DNA of 64,000 nt from Paraspadella gotoi (Eukaryota; Animalia; Chaetognatha). The notes under the pieces were generated by a model, which saw only the letters and a list, made by a program, of their open reading frames with translations, was not told where the DNA came from and made no database searches. The stretch is from positions 27,229,596 to 27,293,595 of the forward strand of contig CM119266.1 in NCBI GenBank assembly GCA_051294375.1, in the 5' to 3' direction. The position numbers and the translations under genes were made by a program. This document shows, one piece after another, positions 11,501 to 23,559 of this stretch (its first letter is position 1; every line of letters begins with the position of its first letter).

Positions 11501-14500
11501 GTAGGGTGAGGTAAAGTGGGGGCGGGAGGGAACGAGGGGGGGGGACCATGGGGGGAAATGAAGGAGAAAAGGATCGGGACAAATGCGTAGGTTTAGGCAA
11601 AGTGGGGGCGGGAGGGAACGAGGGGAAGGGATCGGGGAGAAAGGATTGGGACAAATGAGTAGGGTTAGGCAAAGTGGGGGCNNNNNNNNNNNNNNNNNNN
11701 NNNNNNAATGAGGGCAGAGGGAACGGGAGAAAGGATTGGGACAAATGAGTAGGTTAAGGCAAAGTGGGGGCGGGAGGGAACGAGGGTGGGAGGGAACGAG
11801 GGAGGGGAACGGAGGAGAAAGGATTGGGACAAATGAGTAGGGTTAGGCAAAGTGGGGGCGGAGGGAAAGAGGGTGAGGGGAACGAGGGAGGGGAACGGGA
11901 AAGGGAGAAAGGATTGGGACAAATGAGTAGGTTTAGGCAAAGTGGGGGCGGGAGAGGGAACGAGGGGAGGGGATCAGGGAGAAAGGATTGGGACAAATGA
12001 GTAGGTTTAGGCAAAGTGGGGGCGGGAGGGAACAGGGCGGGGGAACGATGGGGGGACATGGAAAAGGATTGGGACAAATGAGTAGGGTTAGGCAAAGTGG
12101 GGGCGGAAAAGCGAAGAGTTCTTTCTCGAGGTTTTCATTGTAGGGTGGATGACGGAAAATATCACAGGGCCTCGCTATCAACCAGAACGGAGAGAAAGGA
12201 TCGGGACAAATGAGTAAGGTTAGGCAAAGTGGGGGCGGGAGGGAATGAGGGGGGGTAACGGGGAGAAAAGGATTGGGACAAATGAGTAGGTTTAGGCAAA
12301 GTGGGGGCGGGAGGGAACGAGGGTGGGAGGGAACGAGGGGAGGGGGAACGGGGAGAAAGGATTGGACAAATGAGTTAGGGTTAGGCAAAGTGGGGGCGGG
12401 AGGGAAAGAGGGTGGGAGGGAATGAGGGAGGGGAACGGGGAGAAAGGATTGGACAAATGAGTAGGGTTAAGCAAAGTGGGGGCGGAGGAAAGAGGGTGAG
12501 GGGAACGAGGGAGGGGAACGGGGAGAAAGGATTGGGACAAATGAGTAGGTTTAGGCAAAGTGGGGGCGGGAGGGAACGAGGGGAGGGGATCGGGGAGAAA
12601 GGATTGGGACAAATGAGTAGGTTTAGGCAAAGTGGGGGCGGGAGGGAACGAGGGCGGGGGAACGAGTGGGGGGGACATGGAAAAAGGATTGGGACAAATG
12701 AGTAGGGTTAGGCAAAGTGAGGGCGGAAAAAGCGAAGAGTTCTTTCTCGAGGTTTTCATTGTAGGGTGGATGACGGAAAATATCACAGGGCCTCGCTATC
12801 AAGCCAGAACGATGGAGGGAATGAGGGGGGGGGAATGGGGATAAAGGATCGGGACAAATGAGTAAGGTTAGGCAAAGTGGGGGCGGGGAGGGAACGAGGG
12901 GAGGGGACGGGGAGAAAGGATTGGGACAAATGAGTAGGGTTAGGCAAAGTGGGGGCGGGAGGGAAAGAGGGTGAGGGGAACGAGGGGAGGGGAACGGGGA
13001 GAAAGGATTGGGACAAATGAGTAGGGTTAGGCAAAGTGGGGGCGGGAGGGAACGAGGGGGGGGTAACGGGGAGAAAGGATTGGACAAATGAGTAGGTTTA
13101 GGCAAAGTGGGGGCGGGAGGGAACGAGGGTGAGAAGGGGGGGGAACGGGGAGAAAGGATTGGGACAAATGAGTAGGTTAGGCAAAGTGGGGGACGGGAAC
13201 GAGGTGAGGGGAACGAGGGGAGGGGAACGGGGAGAAAGGATTGGGACAAATGAGTAGGGTTAGGCAAAGTGGGGGCGAGGGGAATGAGGGTGGGGGGAAA
13301 CGAGGGTGAGGGAACTGAGGGGAGGGGAACGGGGAGAAAGGATTGGGACAAATGAGTAGGTTTAGGCAAAGTGGGGGGGGGGAACGAGGGGAGGGGATCA
13401 GGGAGAAAGGATTGGAACAATGAGTAGGTTTAGGCAAGTGGGGGCGGGAGGGAACGAGGGCGGGGGGAACGATGGGGGGGACATGGAAAAAGGATTGGGA
13501 CAAATGAGTAGGGTTAGGGCAAAAGTGGGGGCGGAAAAGCCGAAGAGTTCTTTCTCGAGGTTTTCATTGTAGGGGTGGATGACGGAAATATCACAGGGCC
13601 TCGCTATCAAGCCAGAACGGAGAGAAAGGATCGGGACAAATGAGTAAGTTAGGCAAAGTGGGGCGCGGGAGGGAATGAGGGGTAACGGGGAGAAAGGATT
13701 GGGACAAATGAGTAGGTGTTAGGCAAAGTGGGGGCGGAGGGAGACGAGGGGGGGGGAACGAGGGGAGGGGAACGGGGAGAAAGGATTGGGACAAATGAGT
13801 AAGGTTAGGCCAAGTGGGGGCGGGAGGGAAAGAGGGTGGGAGGGAATGAGGGGAGGGAACGGGAGAAAGGATTGGACAAATGAGTAGGGTTAAGAAGATG
13901 GGGGCGGGGAGGGAAAGAGGGGTGAGGGAACGAGGGAGGGGAACGGGGAGAAAGGATTGGGACAAATGAGTAGGTTTAGGCAAAGTTGGGGCGGGAGAAC
14001 GAGGGGAGGGGATCGGGGAGAAAGGATTGGGACAAATGAGTAGGTTTAGGCAAAGTGGGGGCGGAGGAGAGGGAACGAGGCGGGCGGGGGAACGATTGGG
14101 GGGACATGGAAAAGGATTGGGACAAATGAGTAGGGTTAGGCAAAGTGAGGGCGGAAAAGCGAAAAGTTCTTTCTCGAGGTTTTCATTGTAGGGTGGATGA
14201 CGGAAATATCACAGGGCCTCGCTATCAAGCCAGAACGATGGTGGAGGAATGAGGGGGGGGAATGGGGATAAAGGATCGGGACAATGAGTAAGGTTAGGCA
14301 AAGTGGGGGAGGGAACGAGGGGAGGGGATCGGGGAGAAGGATGGACAAATGAGTAGGGTTAGCAAAGTGGGCGGAAAGAGGCGGGGGAGGGGAACGAGGG
14401 AGGGACGGGGAGAAAGGATTGGGAACAATGATGTAGGGTTAGGCAAAGTGGCGGGCGGGAGGAACGAGGGGGGTAACGGGGAAAGGATTGGAACAGAGTA

Positions 14501-15235
14501 GGTGTAGGCAAAGGGGGCGGAGGGAACGAGGTGAGGGAACGAGGGAGGGAACGGGGAGAAGGATTGGGACAAATGAGTAGGGTGAGGCAAAGTGGTGGGC
14601 GGAGGGAACGAGGTGTGAGGGAACGGGGGAGGGGAACGGGGAGAAATTTGGACAAATGAGTAGGGTTAGGCAAAGTGGGGGCAGAGGGAATGAGGGGTGG
14701 AGGGAACGAGGGCGGGGGGATGAGGGGGGGAACGGGAAGAAAGGATCGGTGAAAATATAGTGGGTGAGGTAAAGTGGGCGGGAGGGAACGAGGGCGGGGG
14801 GACCATGGGGGGAAATGAGGAGAAGGATCGGGACAAATGCGTGGTTTAGGCAAAGTGGGGGCGGGAGGGAGGGGAAGGGATCGGGAGAAAGGATTGGGAC
14901 AAATGAGTAGGGTTAGGCAAAGTGGGGGCGGAAAAGCGAAGAGTTCTTTCTCGGGTTTTCATTGTTTGGAATTTGGAAGGACACGACGTGGGCATCTCTC
15001 TCTTTTCCCTCCCGCCCCCACTTTGCCTAACCTTACTCATTTGTCCCGATCCTTTCTCTCCGTTCTGGCTTGATAGCGAGGCCCTGTGATATTTTCCGTC
15101 ATCCACCCTACAATGAAAACCTCGAGAAAGAACTCTTCGCTTTTCCGCCCCCACTTTGCCTAACCCTACTCATTTGTCCCAATCCTTTTTCCATGTCCCC
15201 CCGCCCTCGTTCCCTCCCGCCCCCAACTTTGCCCT
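8552..15235. repeat. G-rich higher-order satellite (60-80-bp monomers) with inverted terminal segments
   Basis: Monomer GGATTGGGACAAATGAGTAGGGTTAGGCAAAGTGGGGGCGGGAGGGAACGAGG.... A ~90-bp marker (GGCGGAAAAGCGAAGAGTTCTTTCTCGAGGTTTTCATTGT...CAAGCCAGAACG) recurs near 9000, 9631, 10356, 10955, 12102, 12722, 13529, 14149 and 14927. Segment 15005-15235 is inverted. Confidence 0.95.
11682..11706. other. Assembly gap (25 N); others at 21844-21868 and 62205-62229
   Basis: Runs of exactly 25 N. Confidence 0.99.
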
Positions 15236-16356
15236 CACGCATTTTAACCTCGGCCCGAATTCCCTGGCGTTATTTTCCTTCGGATTCTAATCGCTTCACT
15301 TATCTTCTCATTGTTTCCTTCGTTCGTGTCGGGAACAAAAGGGAAAGGGATGAGGGCAGAGGGGTAAGGAGACCGAGAAAGGGGAAGAGGGGTAAGGATA
15401 CTAGGAAAGGAGTAAGGAGACTAGGAAAGCAAGGGAAAGGGGATGAGGGCAGAGGGGTAAGGAGACCGGGAACCGGGAACGTGCGGGGAGAGGAAAGGAA
15501 AGAGGAAAAGGGTAAAAAGAGGACCAAGGTTTAGGAGTCTGGGAATGAGGAAGAAGGAAGAAAAAGCGAAAAAATAAGACACTTCAATACGAATTTACAA
15601 AATCAAAAAACATGGGGGTTTGCCCAATGAAGGAAAAAGTGGGTAAAAAACCGATCATGATAACAATTGCTTCTGAATATTGTAAAAAAAACGGAAAGGA
15701 GATGTAATGAAATCAAACTCGATTGAATTTTATCCCATTAAAAGTATGAATCGGATTCTAAGAAATAGAATTAGGAGTGAGAAAAAAAGAGGAAAAAAAA
15801 AACAGAATAAAGAAGAAGAAAGAAATAGAAAAATAGCGTCGAATAAAAGGGAAACAGTTTCTTTTGTCGAAAATAAAAAGGACCGAGTGGAAAGGCCGAG
15901 GAGCGGAACGGGTAAGGCCAAGGGGCCGAGTATTGGAATCGATGAGGCCGTCGAAGGCTGCCGTTTGGGTCAGTTTTAAAAAGGGAACAAAAGAAAGCTT
16001 TTGCGAATGTAAAAGGCAAAAAAATAGCCACCATATGTTTTCGAAACGCCACGAAATCTCAGTTATATTTTTAATATTATCTTTCGCTCAACTTTTTTAA
16101 TCTCCATGGCTACAGAGCCGCGTCCGGTAGCGGCTTCCACCGCAACCAGTAGACCCGCATTTTCTGGGCGGAAAGAAGAAAAACTTCGGCTGGCCTTCGA
16201 CATTTAATAGAAAAAGAAAAAAAAAAGAAAACTAGAGAGAAAAGAGGGGAGAAAACTGTGAAGTGTGAGGAGGAAGGGCGAGAGAGAGAAAAGGGTTAAG
16301 GAAGTGAGAGAAAAAAAATTTTAGCTCCGATTCCCACCTCGGGTTTGATAGCCACT

Positions 16357-16423
<67 letters not shown>

Positions 16424-16845
16424 CCTCCCCCACCTCATTTTCTCACCAACAAAAGGGAAATGGGTCTAAATGGTTTTTCTTCTTAAGACGAAGGCTGCAA
16501 AAACCTGTGAAAGAACTTTTCACTGCGACGGGTTTTTTTTCTTCTTCTTTTTCGATCCGCGATCTTCTGTCGGTGAGACGTGAGACGAAGAACGTCGAGA
16601 TGCAACAACAACAACAACGACAACGAGGTCTTCTCTGTCTACATTTCCTCTCAGCAAAACGCTGGGGTCTTCTCGGTTTCAATGAAACTGGGTTCTAACT
16701 TTATTTGAATTTAATCTAACCTTTACCTAATTAATTTTCATACAATTGAAACATTCTTTGAAATATTTTCCACTTCATTGATAGGGAAGCCAGGTACTCT
16801 GGGAGTGAATAAACGAGACTGTGAAAGAGTCTTGATTGAAAACTT

Positions 16846-16978
16846 GCAGGGACCTGCTATGTCATTATCTTGTAAGAGTGATGGAGGCCTTAAACCACCA
16901 AAGCCTGTCCAAAGTCAGGGGCAAGATAGCTTATTTATTAAATGAATGGATAATTTTTATATTGGTTGTACCAATTTC

Positions 16979-17041
<63 letters not shown>
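16846..17041 (+). mobile_element. Family-D twister-bearing short element with (TAA)n tail
   Basis: About 138 bp identical to 40372-40509, followed by a (TAA)n tract. Confidence 0.85.
16866..16928 (+). ncRNA. Twister ribozyme, type P5, no P3 (family D); predicted cleavage 16891/16892
   Basis: TATCTTGT-AAGA-GT-GA-TGG-AGGCCT-T^AA-AC-C-AC-C-AAA-G-CCTG-TCCAAAGT-CAGG-G-GCAAGATA. P5, P2 and P4 pair; TGG pairs with CCA in L4; AC pairs with GT in L4. Confidence 0.8.
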
Positions 17042-17042
<1 letters not shown>

Positions 17043-18111
17043 TAAAATAATAATAATTTAATTTAATTGAATATCTATATTCATATCTAGTGAGCTGCTG
17101 AGCAAAAAATTAATTCAACGTAATTTCTCTGTTTATAAATGTAATCGTATTTTCCTTCATCGACGATATGTTGATAATCGCAAAGTCATCGTTCCTCCTC
17201 GTCGCATTTAATCAGCGACGCTTCTTCACCTACGAAATTTATAATATGAAATTTAAATCTAATCGGTAACATCTCTTTATATATTCATATTCATATATTA
17301 ATTAATTTAAAAATTTTCTTTGTTAACAGAGGTTTAAAACATAAATGTAATTATAAACTAAACTTTTTAATATAAAACAATTTAAAAATATAATAAAACA
17401 AGTAATCATGTAACTTTCACAATACATAGACTCATAGTCATAGTGTTTCAGTCAATAATTGTCCTCTGCCAACCACCCCCCCCCCCACTTTCAGTCTTGC
17501 ACCCCGATTCCGCATCTCACCCCCGCCACCCAACTTCCTGCCCCCGTTGTGTTTCCCTTCATTATTGTCGCGGTCGTCGGCCTCTTCTTCGTCTTTGTCT
17601 TCGTCGTCGTCGTCGTCGTTGTCGTCGTCGTCTTCATGGAGGTCACCGCCCGATAAAATATACGTCCGGAGATTATATTGCGTCAGACTTTAGATAATAT
17701 GGCTCGAATCAATTTATAATTTTTTTATATTATTAAGGACGTCGTAGTCCAAAAAAAAAAGAATTTTACAACCAAAATAAACTGCCTGAGATGTCAAAAA
17801 TATCTTAGGACTGGCGACAACAACAAGACCCAAAAAGACGACATCCTCTCCCACGACCTCTGTGCTCCTTCCCTCCCCGGAATCTCGTCATTCGACGTCC
17901 ATGATGAAAATCCGCAGACAAAAGGCGTCTCAACCGAACTCCGTCGCCGGATTAAGTATCTCGATAAAAAGTTTCCGGCGGAAAATGAAACGGGAGATGA
18001 ATTTGGGATCCGAACGGAAAGAGAATGAAGAATGAATTGGGATGAACGATAGAATGGAAACGAATGGAGAATTGGTGAATGAGTGAATTGATTAAGTAAA
18101 TGATGTAATGA

Positions 18112-18327
18112 TAAGTGTTAATGACAGAACCGTTCAATATATAAGCAGTTCCTGAGCTTCGGATCAGGTTGTAACACCTAGTTACAGGCGGGTTAAGCGC
18201 CCCGTCCCTCTTAACTGCTCGGCGGCCACCGGGCTAGAACCCCGGATCTTGGGGTTGGGAGGCGAATGACTTGCCTCCGGCACCAATGGCCGCTGATGGA
18301 GTGTTGGTGGATTTTAGTCCACCATAG
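18112..18327 (-). mobile_element. Family-B element: hairpin + tRNA-Gly-like module (18222-18293) + type-P5 twister (18145-18218)
   Basis: Minus strand TGGTGGACTAAAATCCACCA...GCGGCCA-TTGGTGCCGGAGG...CTCCCAA...CCGGGGTTCTAGCCCGG-TGGCCGC-CGA-GCAGTTAAGAGGGACGGGGCGCTTAACCCGCC...TCCGAAGCTCAGG...TGAACGGTT. Confidence 0.85.
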
Positions 18328-19939
18328 TATTAAAAAATTTTAATTAATTTAAAAAAAAAAAACTGAAAATACAGTCAAGTAAAGACGAATAAATTTTACA
18401 AAAAAAGCCAGTGAGGAAAAAAGTGTAATGACTTTTGCATGTAATTAATATTCGATGAATTTTTAAATAAAGAAGATTCAATATATGTCGAGAAATAACT
18501 CAGAAAAATACAGTACTAATCGTAATGTGTTTTGAATAAAAAGTCGAGAAATGACTTAGAGATTTAAGGAACTTGAGATTTTTTTGTTCGTGACGCTTCA
18601 TTTTAAATTTTCTGTGGGCCGAGATCCGGAAAAGCGATTTGCCCCTGTCTTCCGATTTTCACTAATCGGCCATTACACTGAAAGTCGCTCCTCGTTTGTC
18701 GTCTTTGTCGTCTTCATCCTCATTCTTCGTTGTCGTCGGTGTCAGATAATGGAGAGCCGCTGCCGTCTTCGTTAAACGTCGTCGTTATCGTCGTCATCTT
18801 CGTCGTCGCTGACCTTTTTAAAAGAAAATATTTTATCATCACCTCGGAAAGACAGTTTCCTGTCGTCGTTGTCGTTTGTCGCCGAAGTTGTACTATTGTG
18901 GTTATCATTTTAATTATCTTCGTCGTCGTTGTCGTCATCGTCATCGTCGTCGTAATATGCATACTGCATAGTCGTCGTGACCATTACCTTTGGAGGAGAC
19001 TCGTTTTACTTGGAATTGATGGCTCCTTCTTTTTGGGCTGTTGTCTAAAGAAAAGAAAAGAAAAGAAAAGAAAAGAAAAGAAAAGAAAAGAAAAGAGAAG
19101 AGAAGAGAAGAGAAGAGAAGAGAAGAGAAGAGAAGAGAAGAGAAGAGCAGAGCAGAGCGGAAAGAGCTTTGACTTTGAGTAGAAAAATTACAAAGTGCAG
19201 AGCCTTTAATCATATTATTATTAATATAGAAATTAAATTAAGTTTTTCAACTATAACTACTACCGGCCATTGTATATAAGCAGAGGATCTGCAACGAAAA
19301 CGTAAAAAAGTATCGTCGAAAATTTTTCCACGCTCCTGAAAATCCCGACAATTCTGAGTTCCTACTTTACGGCGACTCCTCGGCTCCACGCCTACAAATG
19401 CTCGTCGTTTTCGTTGTAAAAAGGATTTGATGACAATGGTCGATTCGTCTTTGTCGTTTTTATTACCGTCACAAATGTCGTTTTCTTCCTCAGCCTTGTC
19501 ATTCTTTTTTCCCTATATTGAGTCACCTAACTTATTTTCTCATTAAACCATAGAGTAGAATTAGTAGAATTAAAGTAATGTCTTAAAATTTAGTTAAACT
19601 AGTTATGAGTAATTTAAACTTTCGTACAAATGAATCTCCGAGAAAAGATTCATTTATTAAATTATAAGATATAGTTGCTTTTGTTATTTTACTTAAACTC
19701 TTTCTTCTTTTTTATTTCTTTTCCTTCTTTTCTTCCGCCATCTTTTTCTCTTGAAAAAAGGTTCTTTCGGTCGATGCACCTGCGACGAATAAATGCATTT
19801 CTTTGGATTTATTTTATTTTCTTGTCTTGTATCAAATTTCTGAATTCAGATAAAGGAGTCAATACTTAATACAAATGCTGTTTTAGTTTAATTTCATGAA
19901 AAGGTACTATACAACTTTATTCAATGTCAGAGAATATTG

Positions 19940-20053
19940 ACTGAAAGCTTGAAGAGGCCTTAACATAAACACAGGCCGTCTAAAGTCAAGTGGAAGCTAA
20001 TAGCTAATTTATTGTATGAATAGATAAATTTTTTTTGGTACCACTTTCATATT
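19940..20053 (+). mobile_element. Diverged/deleted family-D-like element (duplicate at ~26190-26305)
   Basis: GAGGCCTTAA...TCTAAAGTCAAG and a tail ATGAATAGATAAATTTTTTTTGGTACCACTTTCATA resemble family D, but the core is disrupted. Confidence 0.55.
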
Positions 20054-20388
20054 CCACTTGGAGCAGCATCCAACTGGTCTTTTCCTTTTCCTCCTTCGCC
20101 TCCAATTCTGTTTTGCGGCGGCAACCAACTGATGGCATCGATTGATGGCACCGTTTCCGCCACCAACTATTTCCCTTTGAATTAGAGACGAGGAACGGAC
20201 AATAAAGATTCGGCCCCGCGGTCGGTTCGGAAGAAAAGGGGGGAGAGTTGGGGGGAGGCGGAGGAGGGATAAGAGGGAAGGGGAAAGGAAATGGTTAGAG
20301 AGAAGACTAGAGTAGAGTAGAAAAGAAAGTCGAGAACCTTTTAAAGGGACCTAGGAAGTCGAGAGTCATTCCTAGAAATAGAATAGTA

Positions 20389-21000
20389 CTATCTAGGAAA
20401 AAAGTTAGAGACATTTTTTTTTAAAAGTTCATTTATTCAATAAAAAATATACAAAACATGGGTAAACATTCTCAATATTTGGTATGCCCTCCCTCGGCAT
20501 CGACCACTGCCTGCATTCGTCTGGGCATGCTCTCGTAAAGCGAATTTGAGGTACGAAGGTGAAATGTTTTTTCCACACCTTTAGCGCAATTTTTTTCAGC
20601 CCCGATGTTGATGTTCCAAGTCTATTGCTGATGATTGTTGCGTCTTTCCCTCTTTTCTCAGAGCTACAATTGCACCTTATGAACCAAAGAGAGGGGCTGT
20701 CTATTCGGCATAACCAAATTTAAAAAATGAAAAAAATAATTAACTCAATTTGAAATAAAACAAATAACTCAATACCAAGATTGTGGAAAACTAAGGCGAT
20801 TTTTTCCGCCATTTTTCACTTGAGGTAGCAATCTTATTTTGCCTCTAACTTCTATACGGTTGGATCTACGAAAAAATGGAAAGGGAGCACTGAAATGAAA
20901 TTTAGTGTAGAATCTGAAACATCCTGATTTTTTATAAAATCGAGCAAGTTTTCGAGTAGATATCCTCAATTAAAATGTTTCTAACTTTTTTCCTAGATAG
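20389..21000 (-). mobile_element. Non-autonomous Tc1/mariner internal-deletion derivative
   Basis: TIRs CTATCTAGGAAAAAAGTTAGA(G/A)ACATTTT with TA on both sides. The minus strand encodes the Tc1 transposase C-terminus LYESMPRRMQAVVDAEGGHTKY* joined to an N-terminal MPNRQPLS...AIVALRKEGKT fragment. Confidence 0.9.
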
Positions 21001-21941
21001 TAGAATAGCGAGAAATGCCGTTTTGCAAGGAGTCAGATTGCAGTTAAAGTTAAAAAATCAGAAGTCGTAAATTAATATGGATATCTAGCTTTTGAACCCC
21101 GTCACTATCCTATGATATACATATCTATGATAAATATCTTTTGCTAAAAGTTTTGTTAGCCAAAATATAAATCGTTTGCCCCGCACTGTATTCTTTTTTA
21201 TAGGCGTAATCAGTAAATAAAGATTCGTCTGATCTTTTATCATTAAACTGAAACCTCAAGACGCGCCTCCACCGATTAATTTTTAACCCGACCCACAGCT
21301 CCTTCCACACCATGCCCCCCACACCCCCTCCACACCCCAACGTCATCGCCCACGATTCCTCTTGTCCTCGCGAGATCAAAAGGTGAAATGGAGATAAATG
21401 AAATTTGGCTCAATCATTATCGGGATTTATTCTCTCGCCCACTCTTCATCAAAAAAAAAGAAGAGAGGGAGAGAGAGGAGAGAGAGAGAGAGAGAGGGAG
21501 AGGGGTTAAGTCGAGTGTGGCATTTTTGATTTTTAAATATCATAGTTTGTGATGAGGGATTAAAATACTTTACCTATTTCATGTAAATAAATTAAAAAAT
21601 TAAAGATATTAAATCATTGGTTGAGGAATAAAAAACGTTGCGCGGAGATGAACAGTCATTTTATTAAAAAAGTATCTGGGTTGAAAAAGAAAATTCCGGG
21701 CAGAATCTAGCAACGATTTATTTAATAGAAGCAATAAAACCCGGAGCATGAAATTCGCAGTTCGGTTTAAGCGAGAATCCTTTTTTCAGAGCGCAGTTCT
21801 GTGGCCTTTTTAATTGTGGCTTTTGTTTTTCTTTTTCTTTAAANNNNNNNNNNNNNNNNNNNNNNNNNATGAAGAGATCAGGGGCAAGAGAGCTTATTTA
21901 TTAAATGAATGGATAATTTTTTATTTGGTTGTACCAATTTC

Positions 21942-21972
<31 letters not shown>

Positions 21973-21978
21973 TATATA

Positions 21979-22016
<38 letters not shown>

Positions 22017-23096
22017 TAATTAAATAATATAATTTAATTTAATTGAAAATATCTATATTCATATCTAGTGAGCTGCTGAGCAAAAAATTATTCAAACGTA
22101 ATTTCTCTGTTTATAAAGTAATGCGTATTTTCCTTCATCGACGATATGTTGATAATCGCAAAAAGTCATCGTTCCTCCTCGTCGGCATTTAATCAGCGAC
22201 GCTTCTTCACCTACGAAATTTATAATATGAAATTTAAAATCTAATCGGTAACATCTTCTTATATAATTCATATTCATATTATTAATTAATTTAATTTTCT
22301 TTGTTAACGGAGGTTTAAAAACATAAATGTAATTATAAACTAAACTTTTAATAATAAAACAATTTAAAAATAATAATAAAAAAACAAAGTAATCATGTAA
22401 CTTTCACATACAATAGACTCATAGTCATTAAGTGTTTCAGTCAATAATTGTCTCTGCCACCCCCCCCCCCCACTTTCAGTCTTGCACCCCGATTCCGCAT
22501 CTCCACCCCCGCCACCCCAACTTCCTGCCCCCGTTGTGTTTCCCTTCATTATTGTCCGCGGTCGTCGGCCTCTTCTTCGTCTTTGGTCTTCGCGTGCGTC
22601 GTCGTCGTTGTCGTCGTCGTCTTCATGGAGGTCACCGCCCGATAAAATATACGTCCGGAGATTATATTTGCGTCAGACTTTAGATAATATGGCTCGAATC
22701 AATTTATAATTTTTTTATATTATTAAGGACGTCGTAGTCCAAAAAAAAAGATTTTACAACCAAAATAAACTGCCTGAGTAATGTCATATCTAGGACTGCG
22801 ACAACAACAAGACCCAAAAAGACGACATCCTTCTCCCACGACCTCTGTTGCTCCTTCCCTCCCCGGAATCTCGTCATTCGACGTCCATGATGAAAATCCG
22901 CAGACAAAAGGCGTCTCAACCGAACTCCGGTCGCCGGATTAAGTATCGTATAAAAAGTTTCCGGCGGAAAAATGAAACGGGAGATGAATTGGGATCCGAA
23001 CGGAAAGAGAATGAAGAATGAATTGGATGAACGATAGAATGGAAACGAATGGAGAATTGGTGAATGAGTGAATTGATTAAGTAAATGATGTAATGA

Positions 23097-23313
23097 TAAG
23101 TGTTAATGACAGAACCGTTCAATATATAAGCAGTTCCTGAGCTTCGGATCAGGTTGTAAACACCTAGTTACAGGCGGGTTAAGCGCCCCGTCCCTCTTAA
23201 CTGCTCGGCGGCCACCGGGCTAGAACCCGGATCTTGGGGTTGGGAGGCGAGATGACTTGCCTCCGGCACCAATGGCCGCTGATGGAGTGTTTGGTGGATT
23301 TTAGTCCACCATA
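23097..23313 (-). mobile_element. Family-B tRNA-like/twister element (duplicate of 18112-18327)
   Basis: Near-identical copy inside the duplicated segment. Confidence 0.85.
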
Positions 23314-23559
23314 GTATTAAAAAATTATTTTAATTAATTAAAAAAAAAAACTGAAAATACAGTCAAGTAAAGACGAATAAATTTTACAAAAAAGCCAGTG
23401 AGGAAAAAAGTGTAATGACTTTTGCATGTAATTAATATCGATGAATTTTTAAATAAAAAAAGATTCAATATATGTCGAGAAATAACTCATGAGAAAAAAA
23501 TACAGTACTAATCGTAATGTGTTTTGAATAAAAAGTAGAGAAATGACTTAGAGATTTAA

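Noticed and set aside
8508-15154. Many Pro-rich ORFs (PTLPNPTHLSQSF repeats)
   Set aside because: Translations of the satellite with constant frame disruption and variable unit length.
18222-18293. Functional tRNA-Gly gene
   Set aside because: The anticodon stem and D-arm do not pair, the anticodon varies (CCC/TCC) and the unit is embedded in a repeat.
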